The notes under the pieces: model-generated
Databases searched by the model: none
The model's input: only the letters and a program-made list of their open reading frames with translations
Told to the model about the DNA's origin: nothing
Shown: one piece after another, positions 51,880-63,524 of the stretch
Layout: every line of letters starts with the position of its first letter
How positions within the stretch are numbered: the first letter of the stretch is position 1
Assembly: GCA_046563655.1 (NCBI GenBank)
Contig: CM102289.1
Coordinates: forward strand, 6,882,001 to 6,946,000
Reading direction: 5' to 3'
Source of the DNA: Yuukianura sp. NJ FZ-2021
Taxonomy: Eukaryota
DNA: 64,000 nt
Translations under genes and position numbers: made by a program

Positions 51880-52682
51880 GTAGACACAACAATTGAATAA
51901 AAAATAAAACCGGTGAACTAGAATGTTAGAAAGTAGCGAAAGAAGAAAGGCAGTCACCGCTTTGAACCACAGTGCAATGGATTTCGCGGTGCACAGTAGC
52001 GAAACTGCCGCGAAAGAACTTTGAACTTGAACTGTGGCGTGGCTGGAGGTCACATAATTTGCATAAGCGTTTCTCGGTCTCTACAGGATAGCAGACTTAT
52101 TTTCCATCGTCGTTTTTATGTTACCGGGGATACCCGTTTTGACAGTGGCCTTTGACCCGGATGCAGTTGACTCACCGGAATGACATTTAATAGCGAACAA
52201 CCCATATCAATTGATGCTAAACGGTGCAAATAGATCCTGAATCAGATAACTGCCGCTGACGAACTTTCAGACCGACAGACCGACAGTCATGTTCGACCCA
52301 TAAAGTAGGTTTCGCTTATAATAAATGCTATCCAGAGATACGGCTTCCACGAAATTTCCAACCTTTTGAATGATTTCTCTTGACACTGTCTGAGTCAGTA
52401 GTGGAGAATTCCGGAAGTCCCTCCTCTTGCATCCGCTTCCTCCTTCCGCTGCTTCATTATTAACAAAAACTAGCTTTAGTTAGGTTTTGGCTTACCTCTG
52501 GTTTTTGTTTAAAAAAAAACCTAACGTTCCATTCTTTGAGCAATTCAGCCCAATTCATGCTCCATTTCCTTTTTCCTTCTTTCAGTCTTTTGTAGTTTGT
52601 CAAACGAAGTAGACGTGTCCAGGGTGACCAATCAGAAGGCAGCATTTGCCTAAGCTGTAAATCTGGAACAATTGGCTCCAAC

Positions 52683-53948
52683 ATGGTAATGAGCCTAGTG
52701 CTCGACTACTGGGAGACGCTGTCACTTTCAGCAGGTTGTAACCTCTTCGCACCAAGATTTCATCTGTGTGTGTCCAATGTCCAAAGAGCTCATTCAATAA
52801 CACTGGACGCCAAAGCAGCTCAAATGAGATTCGCCGAACAGGAAAAGACGCTCGTTCCCTTAGAAACAGTTCTGACAACAGCACTCCCAAAACTACTGTT
52901 GTCCATGACCATTCTTTGTCTCAATGGTCTTCTACTACTTCTTCGGCGTGACATGCAGCAGCTCCCTCTGACGACGCGTTCTCTGCTCAGATCGCTTCTG
53001 GCTATCTACGCAGCCATTGCGCTTTTGACACTCTACTCTGAAATTTCAGTGACGCTGTTCCTGTTCTGGGAAATTCGGATTGTGGAAGAACAAGGTCAGG
53101 AGTGCTTCATAGTCAATTCGTTACTGATTGGTCTGTCCGTTGGCGTATCGCTGCATGCCTTATCACTGGCGCTGGACTGGAGTTTCCTACCACTAAGCCA
53201 ATACAAACGCTTGTCTCGTGGTACTGTCCCGCTATGGCTGCTGGCTTGCTGGACTCCAGCGGTCATCACGGCAGCGCTGCCTCTGGGTGGCTGGAGAACG
53301 GACTTCAGTTTCTGCCTGTTTTTACTTCAGTTCAAGCGGAATTACTTGCGTTTCATTGGTGGAATTCACATGGTGTGTCTCGTGTTGTCACTTTTTCTTC
53401 CTTTGTTCCTAAGACTGATTCTCCGACCTTCCAGACATGATCCAGTAGTTCATAGTCGCTGGAAACGAAAACTTTTAAAACAGCAGCGATTGACAATTTT
53501 TCTAGTTGTTTCCTTCAGTGCCATTTGTTCTACTCCGTTCAACGCCTTTCTTCTGTTTTTACCCGTCGAAGTTCCTGGTCCACTGACGCTTCACTTCTTG
53601 TTCATCCCAACACTAATTCCAGCCCTAATTGTTCCACTTCTTCTGGCTATTCGAGCTACTCCGCCGTTACCAATGAATCAAATTCCAAACAAAAATCCGT
53701 TGTCTCTTCCGCCGCCATTTGCATTCGATTCTTCCCGGATCAACTCCACAAAACTTCCGGGACAGCCTGCCCACTTCTTTTCAAAACATTATCTGCCCAA
53801 TGACTACTCCAGAGGTCCATCTTCTGTCCATTCCTACCAAACAGCAACAGTTTCCAGCAGTGACAGCAAATATGGATTCCCAATTCGGAAAACACTTATT
53901 GGCAGTGGTGACAGACGGGGTGGCAGTGGAGGTGGCAAGAGAAGATGA
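52683..53948 (+). CDS. Intronless, divergent rhodopsin-like (class A) 7TM receptor
   Basis: 421-aa ORF with seven hydrophobic segments. TM1 Asn, ECL1 Cys, SLALD at the TM3 end, TM4 W..A...LPLGGW, ECL2 C.F, TM6 F..C..P. Confidence 0.72.
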   Translation: MVMSLVLDYWETLSLSAGCNLFAPRFHLCVSNVQRAHSITLDAKAAQMRFAEQEKTLVPLETVLTTALPKLLLSMTILCLNGLLLLLRRDMQQLPLTTRSLLRSLLAIYAAIALLTLYSEISVTLFLFWEIRIVEEQGQECFIVNSLLIGLSVGVSLHALSLALDWSFLPLSQYKRLSRGTVPLWLLACWTPAVITAALPLGGWRTDFSFCLFLLQFKRNYLRFIGGIHMVCLVLSLFLPLFLRLILRPSRHDPVVHSRWKRKLLKQQRLTIFLVVSFSAICSTPFNAFLLFLPVEVPGPLTLHFLFIPTLIPALIVPLLLAIRATPPLPMNQIPNKNPLSLPPPFAFDSSRINSTKLPGQPAHFFSKHYLPNDYSRGPSSVHSYQTATVSSSDSKYGFPIRKTLIGSGDRRGGSGGGKRR

Positions 53949-54305
53949 ATACATTAGTATAATTTAACATGATCTGTGATGGGGGGCGTGAGTGTGAGTG
54001 GGGAAAAACAATAAGGATGTGGGGCACAGGTAGGAATTGATCTTGTGGAATGCACTCTTCATCCTCCCCCTTATGAAGTAAGTGGTGTAAATTGTTTGTA
54101 ATGTAAAACGGGTATATAGTCTTCATCAGAGTGGATTCAAGATGACAGCAAGAGAGAAATTCTTGATCTGAAGTGTCGAATATTGAGTGAGTAAAAGTGG
54201 ACCAGCGTCTCGAGGGAGCTGAAAATGCCAATTGATTTGGCTTGTCTCAGGTTCTGGAAATTTTGGAATGTCAAGTGAATTTGATCGAATTTTGGAAATT
54301 TTGGA

Positions 54306-57300
54306 ATGTCAAGTGAATTTGAACGAATTCGGACACTTTGCCTGGAGAGAGGAGAGGTCTGGGAAGATCCGGATTTTTCTCCAACACAGTCTTCAGTGTT
54401 CTATTATCAAACGCCACCGTTTGAATTCTCCTGGAAAAGACCAAAGGTTACTTTTTTAGAAAAAAAAAAGCAAAATTTTCAGAGAAAAAATTCAAAATTC
54501 TTATTATACTTGGAAGTTTTTGTAATAACGATAGTTTACTCTAATGTTTGTAGGAACTAACAAGTTCACCTACGTTTTTAAAAAATTCGTCCCATTTTGA
54601 TGTCGTGTCCGGAAAACTTGGTAAGTTTTCGTGTCGAGTGTCATGTCATGGTCCATTAATAACTTTTTGCTGTCATTTATAACATGCCCTCGTTATATTA
54701 GGTGACCGATGGCTTGTGTCGTGTCTTGGATGCTTGTGGTTGTGTCGTGAGCTGTTCTTCAGAGTAGTTCCGGCTGATCAGCGATTAAGTGGGCCTGGAT
54801 ATGCTGGAGTCTTTAGGTTCCGCCTTTGGTGGTGTGGAGAATGGCGGGAAGTTTTGGTTGACGATAGACTGCCAACTGTTGATGGTCGGCTGGTCTTTGT
54901 ACACTCAGCAGGCCTCGAGGAATACTGGGCGTCGCTTCTAGAAAAAGCATATGCAAAGTGAGTCCAAAATTTTCAATAATTTTCATAATATTTTTAAAAC
55001 AAATTATTTATTATTCACTTAAAATCGATTTCAGACTGCACGGTTCCTACGAAGCTCTGAAATACGGTTCTACTCTGGACGGATTTTCGGATCTGACTGG
55101 AGGAATCACCGAAGTAATTCGCATGCGCGAAGACCCCACTTCGTCCGGCCGAATCCTCAAAAAGCTTCTGCAGATGACCTCGCTCATTACGGTCACAGTG
55201 CACCAGGAATCCAAAAGTGCAAAACTGGCCAATGGGATTCAAGTTAAGACCAATTACAGAGTTACGGCATTGCACAAGGTAAGAGCTAAGATTCAAACTA
55301 AGTTCTGCTTGATTGACCTTGCAAACTTATTGTTATGCTGGGCAGGTGGAAACCTATGGAGGTGAACCAGTTCAGCTCGTGCGCCTGCGTGCTGTTGGTG
55401 TTAGTTCTGAATACGTTGGGTCATGGTCCAACTCTTCCTTGGAATGGGAAGAAGTTCCAGCAGGAGAAGTCCAGAAACTGAGGGATTTAAATGAAGGTGA
55501 ATTTTGGTAAGGATCTTAGCGACAGCACTGATATTTCCGCTTGAAATCTTGGTTTAAGTGGAAGTCGAGTGATACAAAAGTGAGAACTTTTGTTCCACGC
55601 GACTGCGTAACCAGCGGTGCTGTTTGTTTCACTTTCGTAATTTTGACATAACCTTAACGATCTTATAATTGGTTGAATACTGGTGTAGCATTTTTTAAAA
55701 TGTTGTTCTTATTTTTTTTAAATTTTCGAACTTTTCCTGCTCTCAGGATGCCTTATGGAGATTTCCTCAAGACGTTTAGTCAAATGGAAGTTGTACATTT
55801 AGACGGTGAAACGAGTAGAGAGGAAGTGAGTTTGCGCGGGAAAACTCCGTGGGACGTACGCCAGTACCAAGGAGGCTGGATTCGCGGCGTCAATGCTGGA
55901 GGCTGCAGAAACAATGCCGGTAAGTCCTTTAGTAAGATAATAACAAATAATTACTTTAATTTTAATTAATTAAATTTTTTCGTTTTAATAATTTACTTAC
56001 AATTATTTGATTAACTGTCACGGTTCCATGTGATTTGGTCAGAAAGTGAAAAGATCAAAAGTGAAATGATCAGAAAAAAAAGGTCAGAAAGGGAAGGAAC
56101 GTAACCAAACCTAACCTGAGATCTTTTGAATTCTGACCTTTTCACTTCTGATCATTTCACTTCTGACCAAATATTTCTGATCATTTCACCTGCTACGAAC
56201 TGTCACGTACTAGAAACCTTCCACATCAATCCACAACTCCAACTGCTGCTTTCCGAGAGTGAAGAAGTAGTGCTTTCTCTTAACCAACACGCTGTCATGG
56301 ATCCTAAGGTAAATTAATTATTCTCATTAATTAAGTTCGTTTTTTTCAATTAATTGAGGTTAAAAATTATTTCAGGTAGTGGGATTTAGTGTTTACCCAC
56401 TTGAAAAAGGCTCACCAATTTCTCTGCGAAAGTCATTTTTTAAAAAGACGAAAAGTTTGGCAAATTCCCAGTACACAAATAGTCGCCAAGTGAGTTTGCG
56501 CTGGGGGTTGGAAGAGGGCGCGTTTCTGCTGATTCCAACGACGTTTGAGCCTGGCCAAGAAGTGTCATTTACGTTCCGAGTGTTGTCGACTTCAACTAAG
56601 CTGAGTCTGCGCCTCATGGACTTGACTCCTGCGTTACTCAAAGCTCCTTTCATAAAAGTAAAAAACATTAGTTTCAAAAAATAATTTCTTTCGAAAAAAA
56701 ATGTAATAATTTAACTCTATTTCTGTACTTACAGGGTCCATCAGTTGGTGAAACGAAAGCATTTGCCCAGTATGAAGGCGTGTTTCTCCAATTGGCTGAC
56801 GAACATCGGAGGATTTCGGCGTTCGAACTCCAGGAACTTCTAGAAGCGTCGCTTCCAAACGACTATATAAAAAGTTGTGCCACTCTGGACGTCGCGAGGC
56901 AAATTGTGATTGCGATGGATGTAAGTACAACTAAAAAGAGAGTAAAAATCTGTATTTAACTATTAAAGTTGATTAACTAATGATTAATTAATTTAGGTGA
57001 GCGGATTAGGACGAATTAGTTTCTCACAATTTAAAGACTTGATGTGGAGTCTCAAAAGTTGGCAAGGAGCTTTCAAGAACCAAACCAAAGAAAAGACGGG
57101 TATCCTAAAAGCCGAAAGAGTTCGAGATGCTTTAAGGGAAGTCGGTAAGTTTAATCGATCAAAAAAGTGTAATTTATGAAATTTCAGTTTCACTTTAAAA
57201 CAAAAATTTCAAACAGGGTTCGAAGTGAATCAAGAAATACTAGCACTTCTAATTCTACGATTTATGAAAAAAGATGGAACACTTCGATTCGGTGACTTTG

Positions 57301-57563
57301 TAGCCGCAGTACTACATTTGACCGTGGCATTCCGTAAGAAACGAAAATCAATCTTCCAAATGACTAAAAGATGAAATTGTTTTCAAAAATACTGGATTGT
57401 TGCAGGAACTTTCGAAAAGAAAGATCCACTGCTGAGTGGATGGGTCAAGGTGGGACTTGCTGAGGTACGTAAAGATGCTGCGGAGCTTCTAATTTGTATT
57501 CTGAGATTAATGTAATAGAAAACGTTTTGGTTGCAGTGGGTAAAACTTTCTCTGATGTCTTGA
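54306..57563 (+). CDS. CalpC: Calpain-C-like catalytically inactive calpain (CysPc, domain III, penta-EF hand)
   Basis: WEDPDF, WKRP, GKLGDRWLVSCL, RVVPADQ, YAGVFRFRLW..GEW.EV.VDDRLP, LLEKAYAKLHGSYEAL, GEFWM, AGGCRN, PTTFEP, EF-hand C-terminus. TGA at 57561-57563. Confidence 0.92.
56022..56197. mobile_element. Non-autonomous Mutator-like MITE in a calpain intron
   Basis: Flanked by direct repeats AACTGTCAC (56013-56021 and 56198-56206). Imperfect TIRs GGTTCCATGTGATTTGGTCAGAAA / CGTAGCAGGTGAAATGATCAGAAA. Arms are built from AAGTGAAATGATCAG-like subrepeats around an AACCT core. Confidence 0.75.
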
Positions 57564-57807
57564 AACCGTTGCGCAGAGGAGATTTCAGATTTGCCCAGAA
57601 CAGAATGGTTCTCGCTGTCCAGTTTTAATCGTCAAACAAATCATTGCAACTGAAACAAATTAACAATTACAATGTCCATATAACAGTAAATTTTTTGTAC
57701 ATTTCTAACTAAATGGCACTATCGCGTTTGCAACTAGCAAGTTAGCTGGCTTTAGTCCGATGAGGAGATTAAGCGTACGTACTACTGCGGATTGAGGTAC
57801 AACAGTT

Positions 57808-59118
57808 TCAAGATATCGCTGATTTCATCTGCGGAAGTTGTGATTGAGACGCTGAGTACAAATCGTCAGCAATTTTAAGAATTGAGTCTGACTTTTCGCA
57901 ATGGCGAAGTAACTGCTTTGGTATCACATCATGCCCAAAATGGGCTCCACAGATGGCTCCAGCCATTGAAGCAATCGTATCAGTATCTCCACCAAGTGAA
58001 ATACTGTAGGCAATACACCGCACCAAAGAATTATCCGCCTTTGCCACAAAGAATAGACAATGAGCTATAAATCATGAATCATGAGTTAATTAACTTATAA
58101 GGGAGCTGTAAAATACTTACTTCAAGTCCAGGTATTGGTTTGGTGCTAAGCAGAAAAGCGTAAATTGCTGTTGGAACAGAATGTATAGCAGCGACACCAA
58201 CTCCTAACTCTTCTCCGACTTCTTCGGCACTTGGTAATACTTTTCTTCCTAAGAATTCCTTGACTTTGTTCAATTTTGACGTAAAAGTGGTCTGATCTTC
58301 CACTTCATGTTCCGGCGGAGGACAGGAGTCAACTTGATTCACTTCTTTTTCAACCCTTTCCATATGATGGAGTAGTGTATCCAGGAAGGCCGTGGTGTCC
58401 AGCTCTTTTGAAGAATCTAAATGTAGCGCCTCTCTCACCGCTAGAGCTTGTAGAATGGCTCCTTGAATTGCGTTGGCATGTGCATGTGTGATTCTTGAAA
58501 CTGACGAAGTCATGGATAGAAGCTGATCCACTCCTTCACCAGCGTGACAGAAGAGGCCCACGGGGGCTGCTCGCATAGCTGCTCCGTTTCCGAAGGATCC
58601 TTGACCACTATATTGTTTGCGTGCAGCGTAGAAGGGATCTTCGACACCATTCCGTCGGAAATCCATAAAGACATCGTGAACACCAGATCCATAGCCTCTT
58701 TTCGGTTCAGCGAAGTAGTCTCTCATAAACCTGAAAGAAAAATTCGTTAGTTATTTGGCATTGGCGAAGCATTTTGAAGTTTGAGTCACCTTTCTGCTAA
58801 ATGTTGCGGGTTGAGTCCTTTATGCTGAATTAACGATTCGGTTACCCCTTTTGTCATCACTGTGTCGTCAGTATACGATTTGTAAGGGACTAAAAAATAA
58901 AGGGATCGTATCATTTCATTCAGCTCAGCATCCTTGTTAACAGTTCAAAATTTTTCCAAATTACCTTTAGTTTTAGGATCAAATAATTGAGCAAAGTAAG
59001 TATTGACCTGTCCAAACGTTCTGGAAGTACACGTTTCAAACGGACTTGCAAGACAGTCGCCCATCAACGCTCCCAGTAATGCTCCGCGGAACTTCGACAG
59101 TACACCTACAGCAGCCAT
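57808..59118 (-). CDS. ADPRS: ADP-ribosylhydrolase ARH3
   Basis: KFRGALLGALMGDCL, YTDDTVMT, RGYGSG, GSFGNGAAMRAAP, SVPTAIYAFL, GGDTDTIASMAGAI.GA. Confidence 0.93.
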
Positions 59119-60732
59119 ACTTGCATTAATCAAAACTTCGAATTGGCACTTTCTCTAATTAGTTAAACAACTTAACAAACCAAAAATTAACAACCAGTAA
59201 ACACAATGTTTACATTTTTTTTGGTAAGTCTAAATTCTCCTTTCACTCTGCCATTTCTCCCGGTTTGTAATATCGTGATATATGGACGTATTTCAGAATT
59301 ATTTTTAATAGTATATTTTTCAAAATAAAAATAATCATTGTACACTACTCAAATTGCAACACTGTGTGATTGGTTGGTTTGATTGGCGATTACCGTAAAC
59401 GTTCTGATTACATGTCATCGCATCGCAGGAGTTGGACACCGACGACAGTGTCAACAGTTGTTTTGTTTTTCTTTTGAACTGTTAAAAAACTTTTGTTTTT
59501 ATGTTGTTCCAATTAGAAAAAAAATGTGTTGCAAGTTGAGAGAGTCTGCTGTAAGCGTAAATTAGGATTCATCTTCTAACTGCTTTGTTTATAAAAATTG
59601 ACTTTTTTTTAAAAATGTTAGTAAACTTTTGAAACGGAGTAGCTAAAAATGCGTTTTGGTTGACGCGAGCAAGTCGTTTGCAAAAACAGACTATATCAAA
59701 ATTAGATTTTACTACACTACTCATGACATCAGCGTTCCAAGAATAATTTGTGACCTTTTAATTCTTTCTATGTAAATTGAAAATTTTGAATTTACTGTCA
59801 ACATCATCCATCTTCCTCTAATAATATTTTGATCACTCAAAAGTCAATGTAAAGATGACACTTTTTCGAAAAAAAATTTTTTTTTATTGTAAACTTGAAA
59901 TTGAACTTAAAGTGAACTTATTGTTCAAACAAGTTTTAAGTAAAAAATAAAAACAATGGCCTGAATAATTTTCGACAGTTTACAGCTTTAGTTTATTTGC
60001 CTTTTGCCCATTACGTTATCGCTATCGATTGTCCCGTTAGGAACATATCACATAACGATAAGTTTATCAAGTTTCGAAATTTCGAATATTACATTTTAGC
60101 TTTTCACTACACAATTGTCAAATTTGGAACCAAAATACTCGTATAATTTTTTCAAGTGCTTTTTGTCAATAGTACCACCCGCGTCACATTTTGAGTTTCA
60201 GAAAGACCTCCATGAATGCAATAGCGCCATTTTCAAGTATAAATAGGTTTACACTTATATTTTTTCTATTGACAACTTATTATTGACTTTCGTTATCACT
60301 AAACTCTCCATCCATAATCTTTTCAACTGTCAAAATTTAACGGCTAAACTTAAGATTTGACCTAACATTGAGACCACCAACTAAGGATGAGTAACAAAAA
60401 TATTTCTACAGTAGTTCTAACTTTCAACGGTAAAGTTTAGCATTACATCATTTTCATTGGTACAAAAAACTTAATTGGCTATAACCTTTTGCATCTTTGC
60501 AAATTTTTAACGAAGTTAATTACAAACAAGTTTGAGCAGATAATTACGACTATTTTTCTAGCAGCTTCTCAAAGACATCCAGTATTTTTTTTTGACTTGA
60601 CAACTTTCTCATTCTTGATTTTTTTTTCTTTTTAATTGGTTTGATTAACTTAGTTAATCAAAACCAAAGTCAGAATACTGACTGTAAGTGTAACTTATCA
60701 TCCAGTTTACTTTAGTTTTTCGATTAAGTTAA

Positions 60733-61630
60733 TCACAATTGGACGTAGGTTTTGATTCCAGGTTTCTGGAGGAGATGTGTCAGAATGATCAGTAGAGACA
60801 GGATGCGATAGAGAATCCATACAAATGCTATCATCACCTGGATACCGCCATGAATCAAAATGTTTGACCTTTGAATTGAGGTCATCAGTGCGTACTGGTA
60901 CAGCAGGGGGAGGCATATGACGCATGTCAACATAACATGTACGGCCATCCAGATCTTGTACATTTCTCTCGAATTCTGAAATTTCAAATCAAACTGTTAA
61001 GATTTACCAAAACGAAATTCAAAATTTGGCTAATTTGTTCAAACTAAAACTGAAGCGAGAAAATCGGTGTGGTGACGCTTACTTTTTTCACTGCGGAAAG
61101 CAGGAGAAGTGAAAGTGCCAACTGAGCAAACACCAGCACTGAAAAATTACGAGAATCCTGAATTAGACTCATTGAACTAAAATTTTCAAAATTTCCAAAA
61201 ATTTCAAACGCTAAATCCAAAATTTTTGTTGCTTACAAATGATTTCCAAATTCAGGATCAAGTTGGTAAAGTATTCGTCGTCTGACGGAATATGCGATTC
61301 GTCATTCGGTAACTCTCCTGGAAATGATACGCTTGACATGGCATTCTGGAGATGCTGGATGTCAAGGACACCACAGAACGAAAGCACCACGACTACGTTG
61401 AGGCACAATGCTAGCACCTACAATTACCAAAAAGTCATTAACCTTTGACCTCATAAGGTAAGCTCATCAGTAAGCGTCAGCTTAGACTAACCGAACGTGC
61501 TAATTGTCCTAAAAGTAATGAATAAGCAATTAGTCCAGAATAGTTAAGCAGCACTTACCCATTCCAGGACACAAACAACTTTGTTTTGAAGTGGGGCAGG
61601 AGTAGTGGGACGAGCACCATGAGATTCCAT
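60733..61630 (-). CDS. Small 4-TM membrane protein (arthropod tetraspan family, function unknown)
   Basis: Four exons join in frame: MESHG..VLEW/VLALCLNVVVVLSFCG..LEII/LLVFAQLALSLLLLSAVKK/NSREMYKIWMAVHVML..IAFVWILYRILSLLII..QL*. Confidence 0.65.
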
Positions 61631-62681
61631 TGTCAAAGCCAAATGATTTAACTAATGTTGATTCTAAATTTTTGTTAACTATTGTTTGTTAGTTTCACAA
61701 CTAGCTTTTGGAAGAGAAAGTTGTTTCAAGTCGGCAGTCCAAAGTCAAATGAAACACAATGCAAACACACAAATGTGTTTGTGGTCTGAAATTGACTTTG
61801 AACAGTAAAATTTTCTGGATCGATGCGGGCGGTGGTGCTGGAAGTCGTTAGCGTTCGACCGTCGACGACTGACTGACTCCTGTGCATCCAAAATTTTATG
61901 GTTGTTTCGTGACTTTTTTGATTTGGTCAAACTGATTGTTTTTGAGTTTTGAAAACGTTGGTACTAACTAATGTTTTCTTTGAAGTATGAATTCAAACTG
62001 GCTTCATGTTGAAAAGATGTGTCACTCCCTAGAAAGCAAAGGAAAACTCTCAAGGGAATCAGCGCATGTCGTTGAAGCGTCGTTGGAGATGAGGGGAATT
62101 ATTACTGCTTCAGAGATTTTTAGTTCAATTGGGTGAGATCAGTGTTTATGTTTTGGCAACAACATGAAACCAGCACGAAAAAAATCAAAATGCGTCAAAG
62201 TTGAGATGCGATGGAACAAAATCGTTATTTGAAACTAAACAAGTTTTTCGGGAAAATTTTTTAGGTACATTGCGTATGAGCCTACGTTCTGCTAGGGATC
62301 AGTCACACTATTGAGAGCATGACTAAATGGCTCATGCACGTTTGCATGTTTGCCAAAAAATTAGCAAGCTACTGTTTCTTCCCAGTAAAAAAAATTTGCA
62401 ACGATTTTTGCGGCTTTCCTCGACATGACGTTTTATTGAATCGTAAAGTTTGTTGACAATTTGTCAAATTTATGTAAGAGGCATTAAAGTTAATGGAAGT
62501 TTTTTCTCCTATAGTTATTGGAATGATGATATTTTACAATAGAAATGGGTTTGACGCATTGGCCTTGACAGAAATTCAGATGGGGATATTTGATACATTT
62601 GGTTCAGTTCTCTAGAGAGATTTGGAGATTTGACCTTTGACCTTCTTTATAGATGAGCCGAAATTCTTGGAAATTTGAATC

Positions 62682-63136
62682 CTAGTACCAGCAGTAAGCT
62701 TCGTCCAAATGACATTCTCCGGAACGGTATCCATGAGCACGACAGCATTGTGCTTGTTCGCGTGAAATTCGATCACAGTCCAGGCTACATGGTGCCACGA
62801 GAACGCCTTCTTCAATGTTATCAGCCAGAATTTCTGAAAGAAAAAAACGAATCATAAAAATAGTTTTGAAAATATTTGCACAAATTCTTTGCTAAGAGTT
62901 TCGTAGAATCCTGGCGTTTATCGAGGTAGAAGAGCCGCAGTTTAAAAATGGGAAATTTTGATACGGAATCTTGCGGTTTCTTGCTTACCATGGAATGACG
63001 CAGGTCGGTTTCGGTTTTGTATCAGCTCGGGTTCTAAAAAAATCAATTCATTTTCCGCTGCTGCTGGAAAACCTACAGCGATTTGCGAATTCAACAACGT
63101 CAAAACAATTTGGAAAAATAATAGTTTTTCCACCAT
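62682..63136 (-). CDS. Diapausin (diapause-specific peptide)-family antifungal peptide precursor, 99 aa
   Basis: Exon 1 (63136-62989) encodes a signal peptide and acidic pro-region. Exon 2 (62833-62682) reads EILADNIEEGVLVAPCSLDCDRISREQAQCCRAHGYRSGECHLDEAYCWY*. The six-Cys spacing and CCRAHG match the diapausin family. Confidence 0.88.
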
Positions 63137-63524
63137 GTTGTTGTGTATTTTAGAAAATCTGAATCTTCAGACTGATTATTTTGTCAATTTGGCTACGTAG
63201 AAGCAAGCGTGAAACACAGAACAAAATAAAAATAAAAATTGTTGAAACAGGTATTTTTTCCTACTCGAAATACTTTTTGACCAAGTTTTTTTTTTTACTT
63301 TTTTTTTTCGAAAACATACCAGCCAGCACTACATGTAGAAAGAGCAAAGCAAACAGACCTCCTTGAGCTAAATTCTAAATTTGGAACAAGATTCTTGGAA
63401 AAAGAGATTTCTTGCGAAAATTCTACGCCCCGAATTCAATGAAATTCAAACAAGATTCCTAATAGCGAAATTATCTGCTTGAGCAAATAAACTTTGCACA
63501 CATTTCCTGTTCCCTTGCCTGCTG

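Noticed and set aside
16327..59118. NEURL4 ART domain plus ARH3 as a linked writer/eraser module
   Set aside because: They are 40 kb apart with many unrelated genes between, and both are widespread conserved animal genes.
62612..62857. ORF-track peptides 62612-62815 (-) and 62675-62857 (+)
   Set aside because: These are alternative-frame and antisense shadows of the diapausin second exon.
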